Of a stretch of DNA of 64,000 nucleotides, positions 37,761 through 50,585 are shown one piece after another. The translations under genes and the position numbers were made by a program. Numbering within the stretch: position 1 is the stretch's first letter; every line of letters starts with the position of its first letter. The DNA is from Spirochaetia bacterium (GTDB lineage: Bacteria > Spirochaetota > Spirochaetia > UBA9216): positions 448,001 through 512,000 of the forward strand of contig OZ223270.1 in NCBI GenBank assembly GCA_965140585.1, written 5' to 3'. The notes under the pieces were generated by a model. The model saw only the letters and a program-made list of their open reading frames with translations. It was not told the origin of the DNA and made no database searches.

Positions 37761-38810
37761 GTGAATTCCGGAAATAACAGCTTTATTCAACTGATAAAAG
37801 AGATCCCAAAGGCAGAAATTCATCTTCATCTTGAAGGTCTGGTGAGTGCTGACAGCATTTGGAACCTTATCCAGGACAATAACCTTGACCTTGAGGGAAT
37901 AAAAAAAAGAGAAGACTTAATTGAAAAATTTAAGGTTAAAAGTCTCGATGAGTTTATCGCACTGTTTATTAATGTAATACAATCCAGTTTTGTGAAAAAC
38001 CAGGATGTCGCATACCTTATAAATGATGCCAAGGAATATCTTACAAGAAACAACATTAAGTATGCAGAAATATTTTTTGCAGTAACCAAATTTATTCAGA
38101 CGGGTTTTTCATTTCCTTTTATGATGGATATTCTGGAAGCCGGGTCAAGAAAACTCTATGAAGAGTCCGGCATAACTGTCAAATGGCTGATTGATGTTTC
38201 CAGGACATTTGGACCGGAGAACGCCGAGAACAATCTGAATCTTGTTCTTGAAAACAGAAAACCAAGTGTAATCGGTATAGGCCTTGGAGGGGCGGAATCA
38301 TCCGGACCGGCAGAGGATTACAGCGAGGTATTCAAAAAAGCTGAAGCTGAAGGCTTAAAAGTAGTTGCCCATGCCGGTGAGGATATAGGGCCCGAATCAA
38401 TTACAGCAGCCCTCGATTACCTTAATGCAGCAAGAATTGGTCATGGAATAAGTGCAATTCAGGATGAAGCCCTTATGAACAGACTGGTTAAGGAACAGAT
38501 TCCTCTTGAAATATGTCCAACAAGTAATCTTTTCACTAGAAAATTTGTGGAAAAAATTAAGGATCATCCTATAAAAGCTTTTTTTGATAAAGGAATCTAT
38601 GTAACTCTTAATTCAGATGACCCTACTCTTTTTAACTCTGAACTTACAAATGAATATATAATGCTTTATAAAGAAGGTATTTTTGCCGAAAAAGAAATCT
38701 TAAAAATAATGAAAAACAATATTTTTTCCATTTTTGCTGAAGAGTCAGTAAAGAAACATCTCTGGTCTGAGGCGGAAAAGGTTATTTCCAAATACGGTTT
38801 CACGGAATAA
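37761..38810 (+). CDS. add: Adenosine/adenine deaminase
   Basis: PKAEIHLHLEG, HAGE, RIGHG, CPTSN, NSDDP. Confidence 0.92.
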   Translation: MNSGNNSFIQLIKEIPKAEIHLHLEGLVSADSIWNLIQDNNLDLEGIKKREDLIEKFKVKSLDEFIALFINVIQSSFVKNQDVAYLINDAKEYLTRNNIKYAEIFFAVTKFIQTGFSFPFMMDILEAGSRKLYEESGITVKWLIDVSRTFGPENAENNLNLVLENRKPSVIGIGLGGAESSGPAEDYSEVFKKAEAEGLKVVAHAGEDIGPESITAALDYLNAARIGHGISAIQDEALMNRLVKEQIPLEICPTSNLFTRKFVEKIKDHPIKAFFDKGIYVTLNSDDPTLFNSELTNEYIMLYKEGIFAEKEILKIMKNNIFSIFAEESVKKHLWSEAEKVISKYGFTE

Positions 38811-38826
38811 TGTTTCACGTGAAACA
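38811..38826. promoter_or_regulatory. parS: parS centromere-like site
   Basis: Perfect TGTTTCACGTGAAACA. Confidence 0.93.
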
Positions 38827-38867
38827 AAAAAAGGCTGACAAGAAATAATTCTTAGTCAGCCTTTTTT
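38826..38867. terminator. Bidirectional terminator between add and gyrA
   Basis: aaaaaaggctgac-loop-gtcagcctttttt. Confidence 0.85.
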
Positions 38868-38910
38868 ATATTCTTTTCAAATAAATACCGGGTTTCACCG
38901 GCATCCATTA

Positions 38911-41346
38911 TTATTCATCATCAGAATCTTTAATAACTCTTGCTACTCCAATTACAGAATCCGGTTTATTAATATTTACGACTCTAACCCCAAGTGCAGA
39001 CTTGCCCATAAGTGAAATATCTCCGCAGGCAAGTTTTAAGGTATTTCCCTGAGATGTAATACAAACCATTTCGTCTTCTTCCTTAACTTCCATCACACCG
39101 ATAATTTCGCCGGTTTTGTCTGTTACCTTATAGGCAATCTGGCCTCTGGTTCCTCGTCCATGCGGGGTAAACTGATCATAGTTTGTACGTTTTCCATATC
39201 CGTATTCGCTGATGATCATCATCATTTCGTCTTCTCTGACACAGAGAATGCCTGCAAGCTCATCATTTCCTGAAAGCTTAATACCTGTTACACCTCTGGT
39301 TGCTCGGCCCATAGTCCTTACAGCAGACTCGTTGAATCGTAAAGCGCTTCCTTTCTTGGTTACAAGAAAGACTTCTTCATTACCTTTTGTAAGTATTGCA
39401 CTTACAAGGGTATCTCCGTTGTCCAGTTTTACAGCTATAATTCCGCGTGTTTTAGCATTTGAGAAGTCAGAAGTTTTAACCTTTTTAACAATACCGCGTC
39501 TGGTTCCCATAAAGATGAACTCATCGTCTGTAAAATCTTTAAGGGAGACAATAGTTTTAATTTCTTCATCCGGCGAAATTGAGAGCAGAGCTTTAACCTG
39601 TGTTCCCCTTGCGGCTCTGGAACCTTCCGGTATTTCATGTATCTTCATCCAGTAGGCTTTTCCTACACTGGTGATGAAAAGTATATAATCATGGGTAGAG
39701 CCTACAAATAGATGTTCAATAAAGTCTTCATTCTTCAGATTAGCTGAGGATGAACCCTTTCCGCCCCTTCCCTGATTCTTATATGCTGTTACCGGAAGTC
39801 TTTTTATAAATCCCTTGCTGGAAATGAGGACAACCATATCCTCTTCCTTGATCATATCTTCTATATCAATTTTTTCAGCTTCTTCAAGAACAATTTCAGT
39901 TGTTCTTCCCTTTCCATATTTAACAGCTATTTCATCAGTCTCATCTTTTATAACACCAAGAATCTTGGACCCGTCAGACAGGAGGTCTTCGAGATAGGCA
40001 ATTAAAGCCCTGATTTCTGCCAGTTCATCGAGTATCTTCTGAGTTTCGAGACTGGTAAGTTTCTGAAGTCTCATATCAAGAATAGCCTGAGCCTGCCTTT
40101 CAGAAAGTTTGAAGGTATCCATCAATGAGGTTCTGGCTATGTCGACTGTTTTCGAACTCTTTATTATCTTGATAACATCATCAATATTATCAAGAGCTAT
40201 CTTGAGTCCAATGAGAATATGTTCCCTTTCCTTTGCCTTCTTCAGATCAAACTGGGTTCTTCTTGTAATAACTTCCTGTCGGTGTTCAACAAAGTATTTA
40301 ATCTGATCCTTCAGGGTAAGAAGTTTAGGTTTTCCTTTTACAATAGCTAAAGCATTTACATTAAAGTTCTGCTGCAGCTGTGTCTGTGTAAAAAGGCGGT
40401 TTAAAACAACCCTGGGTATAGCGCCCCTTTTCAGCTCAATAACAATCCTGATACCGTCCCTGTCAGACTCATCCCTCAAGTCAGAAATACCTTCAAGCTT
40501 CTTGTCGGAAACCAGGTCGGCAATCTTGGTAATAAGAGTAACTTTGTTAACCGCATAGGGAATTTCAGTAACAATAATTATATCTTTACCGGTTTTTGTA
40601 GTCTCAAGCGAACATCTCGCTCTTATTGTTACCCTGCCACGTCCTGTTTTATAGGCATTCTTGATACCTGTTTTTCCAAAGATGATACCTCTGGTTGGAA
40701 AATCAGGACCGCTGATATGCTCCATCAAACCTTCAATTGTAATTTCAGGATCATCAATATAAGCTTTTACAGCATTACTTACTTCTTCTAGATTATGCGG
40801 CGGCATGTTTGTTGCCATACCTACTGCAATTCCGCTTGCTCCGTTTATCAGAAGGTTTGGTATTGCTGCAGGCAGAACAAGCGGTTCCTGAAGTGAGTCA
40901 TCATAGTTCGGCCCAAAATCAACCGTTTCCTTTTTAATGTCGTTTAGCAGTTCATCAGCAATCTTCTGGAGTTTTGCCTCTGTATATCTCATTGCTGCAG
41001 GAGGATCCCCATCTATAGATCCGAAGTTACCCTGTCCATTGACAAGTGGATATCGCATAGAAAAATCCTGTGCAAGTCTTACAAGAGCATCGTATATGGA
41101 CTGGTCACCGTGAGGGTGATATTTACCAAGAACATCTCCAACTATTCTTCCGCACTTTTTATTAGGCCGGTCCGATTTCAGGCCCATTTCACTCATCGCA
41201 TAGAGTATTCTTCGATGTACCGGTTTCAGTCCATCACGGACATCAGGAAGGGCCCTGCTGATGATTACTGACATTGCGTAATTGAGATAGGAGTTTTTCA
41301 TCTCCTCCTCAATGGCAACTGGTATAACTTTTCCGGTTGTTTCCAA
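38911..41346 (-). CDS. gyrA: DNA gyrase subunit A
   Basis: [28 protein letters not shown], GyrA-box QGRGGKG. Confidence 0.98.
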   Translation of the reverse strand: METTGKVIPVAIEEEMKNSYLNYAMSVIISRALPDVRDGLKPVHRRILYAMSEMGLKSDRPNKKCGRIVGDVLGKYHPHGDQSIYDALVRLAQDFSMRYPLVNGQGNFGSIDGDPPAAMRYTEAKLQKIADELLNDIKKETVDFGPNYDDSLQEPLVLPAAIPNLLINGASGIAVGMATNMPPHNLEEVSNAVKAYIDDPEITIEGLMEHISGPDFPTRGIIFGKTGIKNAYKTGRGRVTIRARCSLETTKTGKDIIIVTEIPYAVNKVTLITKIADLVSDKKLEGISDLRDESDRDGIRIVIELKRGAIPRVVLNRLFTQTQLQQNFNVNALAIVKGKPKLLTLKDQIKYFVEHRQEVITRRTQFDLKKAKEREHILIGLKIALDNIDDVIKIIKSSKTVDIARTSLMDTFKLSERQAQAILDMRLQKLTSLETQKILDELAEIRALIAYLEDLLSDGSKILGVIKDETDEIAVKYGKGRTTEIVLEEAEKIDIEDMIKEEDMVVLISSKGFIKRLPVTAYKNQGRGGKGSSSANLKNEDFIEHLFVGSTHDYILFITSVGKAYWMKIHEIPEGSRAARGTQVKALLSISPDEEIKTIVSLKDFTDDEFIFMGTRRGIVKKVKTSDFSNAKTRGIIAVKLDNGDTLVSAILTKGNEEVFLVTKKGSALRFNESAVRTMGRATRGVTGIKLSGNDELAGILCVREDEMMMIISEYGYGKRTNYDQFTPHGRGTRGQIAYKVTDKTGEIIGVMEVKEEDEMVCITSQGNTLKLACGDISLMGKSALGVRVVNINKPDSVIGVARVIKDSDDE

Positions 41347-41373
41347 TTTAGCCCCCGCTAAGTAAATTAGGTA

Positions 41374-43323
<1,950 letters not shown>

Positions 43324-43491
43324 CTATATTATATCTTTGTTAAAATAAAAAAACAAGCGTTGTGCTTCTTCAGCCAATTCTGAAATTACAAGAATTCCCT
43401 ATGATATTTCTTGCAAAGAGATACGCTATAGATTAAAATAGCCAATTAAGTGCTTGAGCCTGTTTTTAGAAATGTTTTTAAGGCACTTACT

Positions 43492-43709
43492 TGTGTATAA
43501 CTTGTGGATAACTTATTAAAAACTAATTATTTATACTGAATAAAATTATTCTGAGTTGATATATATAATTTTTATTTATATAGATTTGTAACTCATTATA
43601 ATATATAGACTTATTCATCTATGCTTATTTTAATCCGGATTTTTACAGTTATCCGGATTTTTTTAACGCTATTTGATTTTTTAGTTACTTGTGGATAAGC
43701 TGTTAATAA
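43492..43709. promoter_or_regulatory. DnaA boxes upstream of dnaA (origin part / autoregulation)
   Basis: TGTGTATAA 43492, TGTGGATAA 43503, TGTGGATAA 43690, TGTTAATAA 43701, flanking AT-rich DNA. Confidence 0.85.
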
Positions 43710-43722
43710 AAGGATTAAACCT

Positions 43723-45150
43723 ATGCCCGATAATGATGTATGGGATTGGAGCGGTTTCTGGTCTGAGACCCTCAATCAATTCAGGAACCGGATCACTGAA
43801 CAGGAATGGGTCATGTGGTTCAGTAACCTTGAATATATTTCCGGTAATGAAAATACCATAAACATAGCAGTACCCTCTTCCTTCTATAAAGATCAAATCT
43901 CCCAGAGATACGGTAAAGAACTGGGACAGACTATAGAAGAAATATGCGGTAATGAACTTTCTATTATTTTTGAAGTTGTAAAAAAATCAAAAGATACACA
44001 GGAATCAAAAAGACAGCCTGTTTCAGAGCCCGATGAAATTGAAACCCCGGTAAAAAGGGATAAACCTGTATCAAAACCTCAGGTTAGAGTTAGAGAATCA
44101 GCACTGTCTGATTCCCATTATCAGCTTAATCCTGATTATACATTTGATACCTTTGTTATTGGAGAAAACAATTCATTCGCTGCCAACGCAGCCTATGCTA
44201 TTTCCAAAAACCCTGGAACTGCATATAACCCCTGTCTTTTCTATGGGGGTGTAGGACTTGGAAAAACCCACCTTATTCAGTCTATAGGACATTCTGTTTT
44301 TGCAGATACTCCCGAACTGAAAATTGTTTATGTTACTGCCGAAACTTTCACCAATGAGTTTCTGGATCTTCTATCAAAGAAAAAGATCCAGCAGTTCAAA
44401 AATAAATACCGTACGGTAGATGTGCTTCTCATTGACGATATACATTTTCTTCAGGGAAAAGAAGCAACTCAGGAAGAGCTTTTTCATACCTTTAACGCAT
44501 TGTATGAATCCAAGAAACAGATAGTATTTACCTGTGACCGTCCGGTATCGGAACTTAAAAACCTGGCAGACAGATTAAGAAGCCGGTTTGAACGCGGGCT
44601 TAATGTTGATCTGAAACCGCCTAACCTTGAAACTCGTCAGGCTATCCTCATGAGAAAGCTTGAAAACAGAAATATTCCAATATCGAGAGAAGTTATTGAA
44701 CTCATCTGCCAGAATATAACTTCGAATGTAAGGGATCTGGAATCTGCACTCTTAAAGCTTGTAGCCTATTCTGAACTTGTTCATAAAGAAATAACCCTTG
44801 ATATTGCCAAAGAACAGCTGAAAGACCATTTCACAGATATTGTGCAGGCTAATGTTTCTGTTGATCAGATACAGAGAATTGTTGCAGATTATTTTGGTGT
44901 AGGCATATCGGATCTGAAAAGTAAAAAAAGAACCAAGGCGGTTACTCTTCCAAGACAGGTTGCAATGTATATACTTCGTGAAATGACTGAGTATTCAACA
45001 ACTGAGATTGGATATGAGTTCGGAGGCCGTGATCATACAACTGTTATGCATGCATGTCAGAGAATAGAAAGCAGAATGAAGACAGACTCTACACTTGAAC
45101 CGGCTATTAATAACCTTATCAGGACTATTAAAGACGAGCGTAAAAACTAG
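43723..45150 (+). CDS. dnaA: Chromosomal replication initiator DnaA
   Basis: YNP..YGGVGLGKTHL, LLIDDI, RLRSRF, GGRDHTTV.HA. Confidence 0.99.
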   Translation: MPDNDVWDWSGFWSETLNQFRNRITEQEWVMWFSNLEYISGNENTINIAVPSSFYKDQISQRYGKELGQTIEEICGNELSIIFEVVKKSKDTQESKRQPVSEPDEIETPVKRDKPVSKPQVRVRESALSDSHYQLNPDYTFDTFVIGENNSFAANAAYAISKNPGTAYNPCLFYGGVGLGKTHLIQSIGHSVFADTPELKIVYVTAETFTNEFLDLLSKKKIQQFKNKYRTVDVLLIDDIHFLQGKEATQEELFHTFNALYESKKQIVFTCDRPVSELKNLADRLRSRFERGLNVDLKPPNLETRQAILMRKLENRNIPISREVIELICQNITSNVRDLESALLKLVAYSELVHKEITLDIAKEQLKDHFTDIVQANVSVDQIQRIVADYFGVGISDLKSKKRTKAVTLPRQVAMYILREMTEYSTTEIGYEFGGRDHTTVMHACQRIESRMKTDSTLEPAINNLIRTIKDERKN

Positions 45151-45156
45151 AAAAAT

Positions 45157-45345
45157 CTGTTGATATTCTGTTTATGAATTGCGGAAAATTTATTATTCTG
45201 TTAATAAATTGAATAACCGGTTAATAATTCTTGAAAGTTATTATTTTTATATTTTCTTATGTATATAGGATTTAACCGGGTTATTAACATATTAGAAGAT
45301 ATTACTATTATTACTTCTTAATTAATATATAATGTATAATTAGAG
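45157..45345. other. oriC: oriC unwinding region (dnaA-dnaN intergenic)
   Basis: Degenerate DnaA boxes, TTATTAACA at 45281, trio-like TACTATTATTACTTCT at 45303-45318, AT-rich tract; gene orientation switches here. Confidence 0.8.
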
Positions 45346-45374
45346 AATGTATAATTGTATTGAAGGAGATATCA

Positions 45375-46478
45375 ATGAAATTTACTTGTGAAAAAAGCAA
45401 TATAACAAGAGAAATATCCATAGCTCAGGAAATTATATCTTCCAAAAATGCCCTGTCTATTCTTTCAAATGTTCTTCTTGAAGCTGAAAATAATACTCTT
45501 TCAATCAAAGCTACCGATCTCAAAGTAGGTTTTGAAACCAGTATACCCGTAGATATCAGTATGCCCGGAAGCACTACTGTTTACTGTGATAAATTCTTGA
45601 GTATTCTAAGATCACTTCCTGACGGTGATATTGAATTTGAACTGAAAGACGGAAAGCTTTATATTAAACCCTTATTCAAGAAAATTAACTTTCAGCTCAA
45701 GAGTATTGCCTCGGAGCAGTATCCTGAAATGCAGAAAATATCAGACGACAGTTTCTTTGTAATGCCCCAGAAAGATCTTATCGAAATGATTACCCAGACG
45801 GTTTTTGCCGTTTCTGATGATGAAACAAGATATTTTATGAACGGTGTCTTCATGGAAAACACAGAAGGTAATCTGATTATGGTTGCCACTGACGGAAGAA
45901 GACTGTCCTTTATCAAAAAGAATACTGCTGGTACAGTAAAACCTTTCAGCGGAGTAATAATTCCGCCAAAAGTTCTTTTACTCATAAGCAAACTCTGCAG
46001 CGGTGAAGGCTCAATACAGGTCGCTGTGACAGAGAAAAACATATTCTTTAAGTTTGATAACCAGAAGATATCATCAAGCCTTATAGAAGGCCAGTTTCCC
46101 AATTACAACAGGGTTATTCCGGATAATCAGCAATACGATATCACAGTAAGAAGAGATGAACTTGTTGAAGCTGTTAAACGTGTTTCTCTGCTGGTAGAGA
46201 ACAAATCCAGAAGAATATTTATGAACCTGGCTTCAGGAGTAATTGAGCTTAATTCCGAAGAAAGTGAAATCGGTGTGGCAAAAGAAGAAATTGAATGTGC
46301 TTTCGAGGGTCCTGAAACCACTATTGCACTTAATTATTCCTACCTTACCGACCCTCTGCGTGTCATCAACAATGAAAATGTAAGGATAAGGTTTTCTGAG
46401 CCTAATAAGGCCATAACAGTTCAGCCTGCAGAAGAAGCCGATTATTTTCACATTGTTATGCCGATGCAGCTTGACTGA
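45375..46478 (+). CDS. dnaN: DNA polymerase III beta clamp
   Basis: ATDL, DETRY.MNG, VATDGRRL, GQFPNY, VMPM. Confidence 0.98.
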   Translation: MKFTCEKSNITREISIAQEIISSKNALSILSNVLLEAENNTLSIKATDLKVGFETSIPVDISMPGSTTVYCDKFLSILRSLPDGDIEFELKDGKLYIKPLFKKINFQLKSIASEQYPEMQKISDDSFFVMPQKDLIEMITQTVFAVSDDETRYFMNGVFMENTEGNLIMVATDGRRLSFIKKNTAGTVKPFSGVIIPPKVLLLISKLCSGEGSIQVAVTEKNIFFKFDNQKISSSLIEGQFPNYNRVIPDNQQYDITVRRDELVEAVKRVSLLVENKSRRIFMNLASGVIELNSEESEIGVAKEEIECAFEGPETTIALNYSYLTDPLRVINNENVRIRFSEPNKAITVQPAEEADYFHIVMPMQLD

Positions 46479-46484
46479 TACTGA

Positions 46485-47567
46485 ATGAGTTTTAAAACTG
46501 TAAAAGTTTTTAATTTTCGAAACCTTAATAATTCAAGCATAAATTTTTCAGATAAAGATGTTTACCTGGTCGGTGAAAACGGCCAGGGTAAAACAAATTT
46601 TCTTGAAAGCATATATCTACTTTGTGTAGGCTCATCTTTCAGAACAAAAAATGAAAACATGTTTATTACATCAGGTCAGAAATCTATGTCTGTTTTCGGA
46701 GAATACCTCGATAAGGGTACTTTACGAAAAATACAGCTGAAAATTGAAAATGGACGTAAAAGTATTTCTGTTGATGGAGTCAGGCTGAAAGACAGAAAGG
46801 AACTTATTTCTGATTTTCCATGCATAGTATTTTCACATGATGATATTAATGTTGTAAACGGTGCCCCTGAAAAGCGCAGAATCTTTATGAATCAAACCAT
46901 AAGTCTTTATGATTCTGATTATATTGATTCGCTTCGCCTTTATAACAGAGTTCTTAAGATAAGAAACCGTGTTCTGAAAGAAAAACGGATTGATTTGATT
47001 GATTTATATGATAATCAGCTTGCTGAGGCTGGGATAGTAATTCAGAAAAAGCGGATACAGCTGATAAATGATTTCAACTCTACATTTTCTTTTCTTTACC
47101 GGACTATAGCTTCAGCTGACATTGATTTAAAAATCAGATATTCATCCTCCTGGAAAAATAAACCGGAGCAGGAAGAAATTTTAGCTGAATTAAAAGAGCA
47201 TCGTAAAAAAGATATTGATTATGCTCTTACAACTTCCGGCCCGCATCGTGACCGGATAGGTTTTTATAGCGGAAATCACAATTTTGCTTCAACTGCTTCG
47301 ACTGGTCAGGTGAGGCTTATTTCTTTATCCCTAAAAGCTTCACAGGCAGTGTTTTTCTCGGTAAAAACAGGAAAACAGCCGATTCTGCTTTTAGATGATG
47401 TACTGCTTGAACTTGATCTTCAGAAACGTAAACGATTTCTTGAGAATCTTCCTGATTATAAACAGGCTTTTTTTACCTTTCTTCCTGATGAGGGGCTTGT
47501 TGATTTTAAAAAAAGCGGCCATCTTCACAGAGTCAGTAATGGCAATATTAATCTGGAGGAAGTATGA
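46485..47567 (+). CDS. recF: DNA replication/repair protein RecF
   Basis: NFRN, GENGQGKTN, GPHRD, STGQ, LLLDDV..ELD. Confidence 0.95.
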   Translation: MSFKTVKVFNFRNLNNSSINFSDKDVYLVGENGQGKTNFLESIYLLCVGSSFRTKNENMFITSGQKSMSVFGEYLDKGTLRKIQLKIENGRKSISVDGVRLKDRKELISDFPCIVFSHDDINVVNGAPEKRRIFMNQTISLYDSDYIDSLRLYNRVLKIRNRVLKEKRIDLIDLYDNQLAEAGIVIQKKRIQLINDFNSTFSFLYRTIASADIDLKIRYSSSWKNKPEQEEILAELKEHRKKDIDYALTTSGPHRDRIGFYSGNHNFASTASTGQVRLISLSLKASQAVFFSVKTGKQPILLLDDVLLELDLQKRKRFLENLPDYKQAFFTFLPDEGLVDFKKSGHLHRVSNGNINLEEV

Positions 47568-47845
47568 AAAAAGCTGCTGATTTAATAAAAATCATGATTG
47601 ATAATATGATTCAGGATGAAAGTCAGCGTGAAGCTGTATCATTATTTTCATCCTGGTCGGAGATTGCCGGTATTGATGAAGGTGCGCATTCAAAGATTGA
47701 GGAGATAGAAAACGGCATAGTCTACGTTAAAGTAGATCACCCCGGCTGGCTTCAGAAGCTCGAATTTAAAAAAAGAACAATACTTAGAAAACTGCAGAAA
47801 AGTTATCCTGAATTGAAGTTAAAGGATGTCCGTATAAGACTTTAG
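47564..47845 (+). CDS. dciA: DciA/DUF721 family protein
   Basis: W.EIAG...AH, V.VDHPGW.Q.L; follows recF. Confidence 0.8.
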   Translation: MKKAADLIKIMIDNMIQDESQREAVSLFSSWSEIAGIDEGAHSKIEEIENGIVYVKVDHPGWLQKLEFKKRTILRKLQKSYPELKLKDVRIRL

Positions 47846-47848
47846 ATC

Positions 47849-47878
47849 TTGACATCTGCAGACTAAAAAACGTATACT
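47849..47878 (+). promoter_or_regulatory. Sigma70 promoter of the rpmH operon
   Basis: TTGACA-18-TATACT. Confidence 0.65.
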
Positions 47879-47966
47879 ACGGAACCTTAATGCAATTTAG
47901 AATCTAATTGATTATATTTTAATATATTTAACTGATATAACGATTTATACATAAGGAGCATCCCTG

Positions 47967-48122
47967 ATGAAAAGAACATATCAGCCCAGCAAGGTGAAGA
48001 GAAATCGTAAATTCGGCTTCAGGGCGAGAATGGCAACAGCAGGCGGCAGAGCAATTCTTGCACGCAGAAGAAAAAAAGGCAGAAAGAAACTTTCTGTTGC
48101 TGATGAAAAGAAGCCTTACTAG
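47967..48122 (+). CDS. rpmH: 50S ribosomal protein L34 (absent from the ORF track)
   Basis: [51 protein letters not shown]; AAGGAG RBS. Confidence 0.98.
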   Translation: MKRTYQPSKVKRNRKFGFRARMATAGGRAILARRRKKGRKKLSVADEKKPY

Positions 48123-48456
48123 ACAAGAAAGACTTAAGAATCTTTCTGACATTAAAAATCTTTTTGCTTCCGGAAAGAAAGTTTCGGTTCCGGGAGCAAA
48201 ACTGGTTTATTCCGGAAATAATCTTGGGTATTCAAGATTCATGGTTACCTTAATCAGGAAGTACGGTAATTCGGTTCAGCGGAACCGTGCTAAGAGAGTT
48301 GCTAGAGAAGTTTACAGGCTGAATAAAGATCGGCTGAAACCCGGATTTGATTTGGCCATCATTCTTTTTCCTTCTGCAGATTTCTATTCTGCAAGAGAAA
48401 ACCAGATACTTGGATTATTAAAAAAAGCCAGGCTTTGCTCCGGCATGGGAGAATGA
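48103..48456 (+). CDS. rnpA: Ribonuclease P protein component
   Basis: [18 protein letters not shown] (RNR motif); overlaps the end of rpmH. Confidence 0.95.
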   Translation: MKRSLTRQERLKNLSDIKNLFASGKKVSVPGAKLVYSGNNLGYSRFMVTLIRKYGNSVQRNRAKRVAREVYRLNKDRLKPGFDLAIILFPSADFYSARENQILGLLKKARLCSGMGE

Positions 48457-48466
48457 CAGGATCATT

Positions 48467-48688
48467 ATGAAAGAGCCGGTTAAAAAAACAATTATTGGGT
48501 CTATTAAATTTTATAAAAAATTTATATCGCCAATGCTTCCAGATACATGCCGGTACTACCCAACCTGTTCAAGTTACGCAATCACAGCAATAGAGAAATA
48601 CGGACCCGGAAAAGGCAGCTATATGGCTGCCCGACGCATTTTAAGGTGTAATCCTTTTCATGCAGGCGGTTATGATCCGGTTCCCTGA
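48467..48688 (+). CDS. yidD: Membrane protein insertion efficiency factor
   Basis: [26 protein letters not shown]. Confidence 0.97.
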   Translation: MKEPVKKTIIGSIKFYKKFISPMLPDTCRYYPTCSSYAITAIEKYGPGKGSYMAARRILRCNPFHAGGYDPVP

Positions 48689-48705
48689 AATAAAAAGGAG
48701 TAGCA

Positions 48706-50553
48706 ATGGATAAGAAAACGCTATTAGCGATTATCCTTTCAACAGTTGTAATTTCCGCCGGATTCCTTATCCAGGCAAAATTTTTTCCTGCACCAGAGCA
48801 GGAGGTCGTAGAAGAAACAGCAGTAACCCAGACTGAAGAAGTTCAGCAGACAGAATCAGTGCAGAATATTCCAAAGAGTCAGTCTGCGTCTTCTAAAGAA
48901 CTTATTTATACAGAAGATCAGGATGATATTATTGCCCAGAAAATAACTGCTGAAACTGAAAGATTCATCATTACATTTTCAAATGAAGGCGGAGTTTTAA
49001 CTTCACTGAAGCTTAAAGAACATCTTGATATGGGCGAACCTCTTGAAATGATTTTTGCCGGAGACAGCGGTAAGGCTGCTTTTGAACTGTCATTCGGTGA
49101 CTGGAAGGCCGTTCCTGTAGATGATAAGTTTAAATTCAGAAGAGTAGACGAATATACATTTGAGTTTTACAGAACCTACCTTGCACCTGCAGATTCTGAA
49201 GACAACAGGGTTCCTTTCATTCTTACAAAAACCTATAAATTTACTCCTGAAGACTATATGCTTGAGTTAAGAATTGGTATTGAAAACTCTGTGAATAAAA
49301 TTCCGTCTCTTAACTTTGACGGTTATTCATATACTCTGAGTTTTGTACCACAGATTGGACCTGAGTTTACAAAACTTGATAACAGGTATTTTTACAGGCG
49401 TTTTTATACTTACGAAGGTAAAAAGGCCAGTGTTGAAAAAATAAAGGATAACTATCTTGTACTCGAAGACCGTGTAACATGGACCGGAGTTGCCGGTAAG
49501 TATTTTGCTGCGATAGCAGTTCCCGATGCAACACAGTATGAAATTACACTCTCCGAGATGGCTGAAGGAAGTCTTCCGCAAGGTAATGAAATTTACTTTT
49601 CAAGACCTCCGGTAAAGAGTTCTAACAATGAAGATGTTTTCAAGTTTTATATGGGACCGAAGCTTAAAAAATATCTTCTCCCTTACAATTCAGCTGATGA
49701 AAACGGCTTTGCTATGAAAGACCTTAATCTCGATGAAATTGAAGATTCCAGCTCAATTCTTGGATGGCTTGAATGGATTCTTCAGAAGATTCTAGTCCTT
49801 GCTTATAAGCTTATCCCCAATTACGGTATCGGAATTATCATTCTGACTATCATCATGAAGGTTGTACTCTTTCCATTTACAAAGAAGAGTTACCAGTCTA
49901 CAGCTAAAATGTCTGCTCTCTCCCCGAAAATGGAAGAGCTGAAAGCTCAGTATAAAGACCAGCCTCAAAAACTTAATGCTGCAATGGGTGAGCTTTATAA
50001 GAAAGAAGGTGTCAGTCCAATGGGCGGATGTCTGCCTATGCTTCTGCAGTTTCCGGTTTTTATCGCCATGTACGGTCTTATGAACAAGTATTTTGAGTTT
50101 AGAGGTGCTGTATTCATTCCAGGATGGATTAATGACCTGGCAATGCCGGAATCAATTTTACACTTTGCAGGAACCCTGCCCTTACTTGGGTGGTCGGATT
50201 TAAGACTTCTTCCGATTATATTTGTAGGAACACAGATTCTGAGCCAGAAGATTATGCAGAGTAACCAGACCTCAGCAGCTGCCGGTAATATGAAGATGAT
50301 GATGTACATGATGCCTGTTATGTTTTTCTTTATTCTTTATAATGCACCATCAGGATTGCTGGTTTACTGGATTTTTTCAAACCTTTTTACAATGTTACAG
50401 CAGATGTATACAAATAAGCATCTTAAACCTGCTGCAGCCGGTAAGGGCGGAGCTGATTTTAAAATTACAGGAAATGACAGTAATTCGGCAGATAATAAAA
50501 AAAAGGTTGCGCCTCCAGCCAAAAAGAAGCCGAAAAAAAAGGGTAAGCGCTAA
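48706..50553 (+). CDS. yidC: Membrane protein insertase YidC
   Basis: NYGIGIIILT, LYKKEGVSPMGGCLP.L.Q.P, PSGL.VYW. Confidence 0.97.
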   Translation: MDKKTLLAIILSTVVISAGFLIQAKFFPAPEQEVVEETAVTQTEEVQQTESVQNIPKSQSASSKELIYTEDQDDIIAQKITAETERFIITFSNEGGVLTSLKLKEHLDMGEPLEMIFAGDSGKAAFELSFGDWKAVPVDDKFKFRRVDEYTFEFYRTYLAPADSEDNRVPFILTKTYKFTPEDYMLELRIGIENSVNKIPSLNFDGYSYTLSFVPQIGPEFTKLDNRYFYRRFYTYEGKKASVEKIKDNYLVLEDRVTWTGVAGKYFAAIAVPDATQYEITLSEMAEGSLPQGNEIYFSRPPVKSSNNEDVFKFYMGPKLKKYLLPYNSADENGFAMKDLNLDEIEDSSSILGWLEWILQKILVLAYKLIPNYGIGIIILTIIMKVVLFPFTKKSYQSTAKMSALSPKMEELKAQYKDQPQKLNAAMGELYKKEGVSPMGGCLPMLLQFPVFIAMYGLMNKYFEFRGAVFIPGWINDLAMPESILHFAGTLPLLGWSDLRLLPIIFVGTQILSQKIMQSNQTSAAAGNMKMMMYMMPVMFFFILYNAPSGLLVYWIFSNLFTMLQQMYTNKHLKPAAAGKGGADFKITGNDSNSADNKKKVAPPAKKKPKKKGKR

Positions 50554-50585
50554 AGAGAAAGTTATGTCTCTAAGGAGTTTAATAT

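Noticed and set aside
47928-48152. 74-aa minus-strand ORF and the extended rnpA start at 48058
   Set aside because: The region encodes rpmH on the plus strand; rnpA more plausibly starts at ATG 48103
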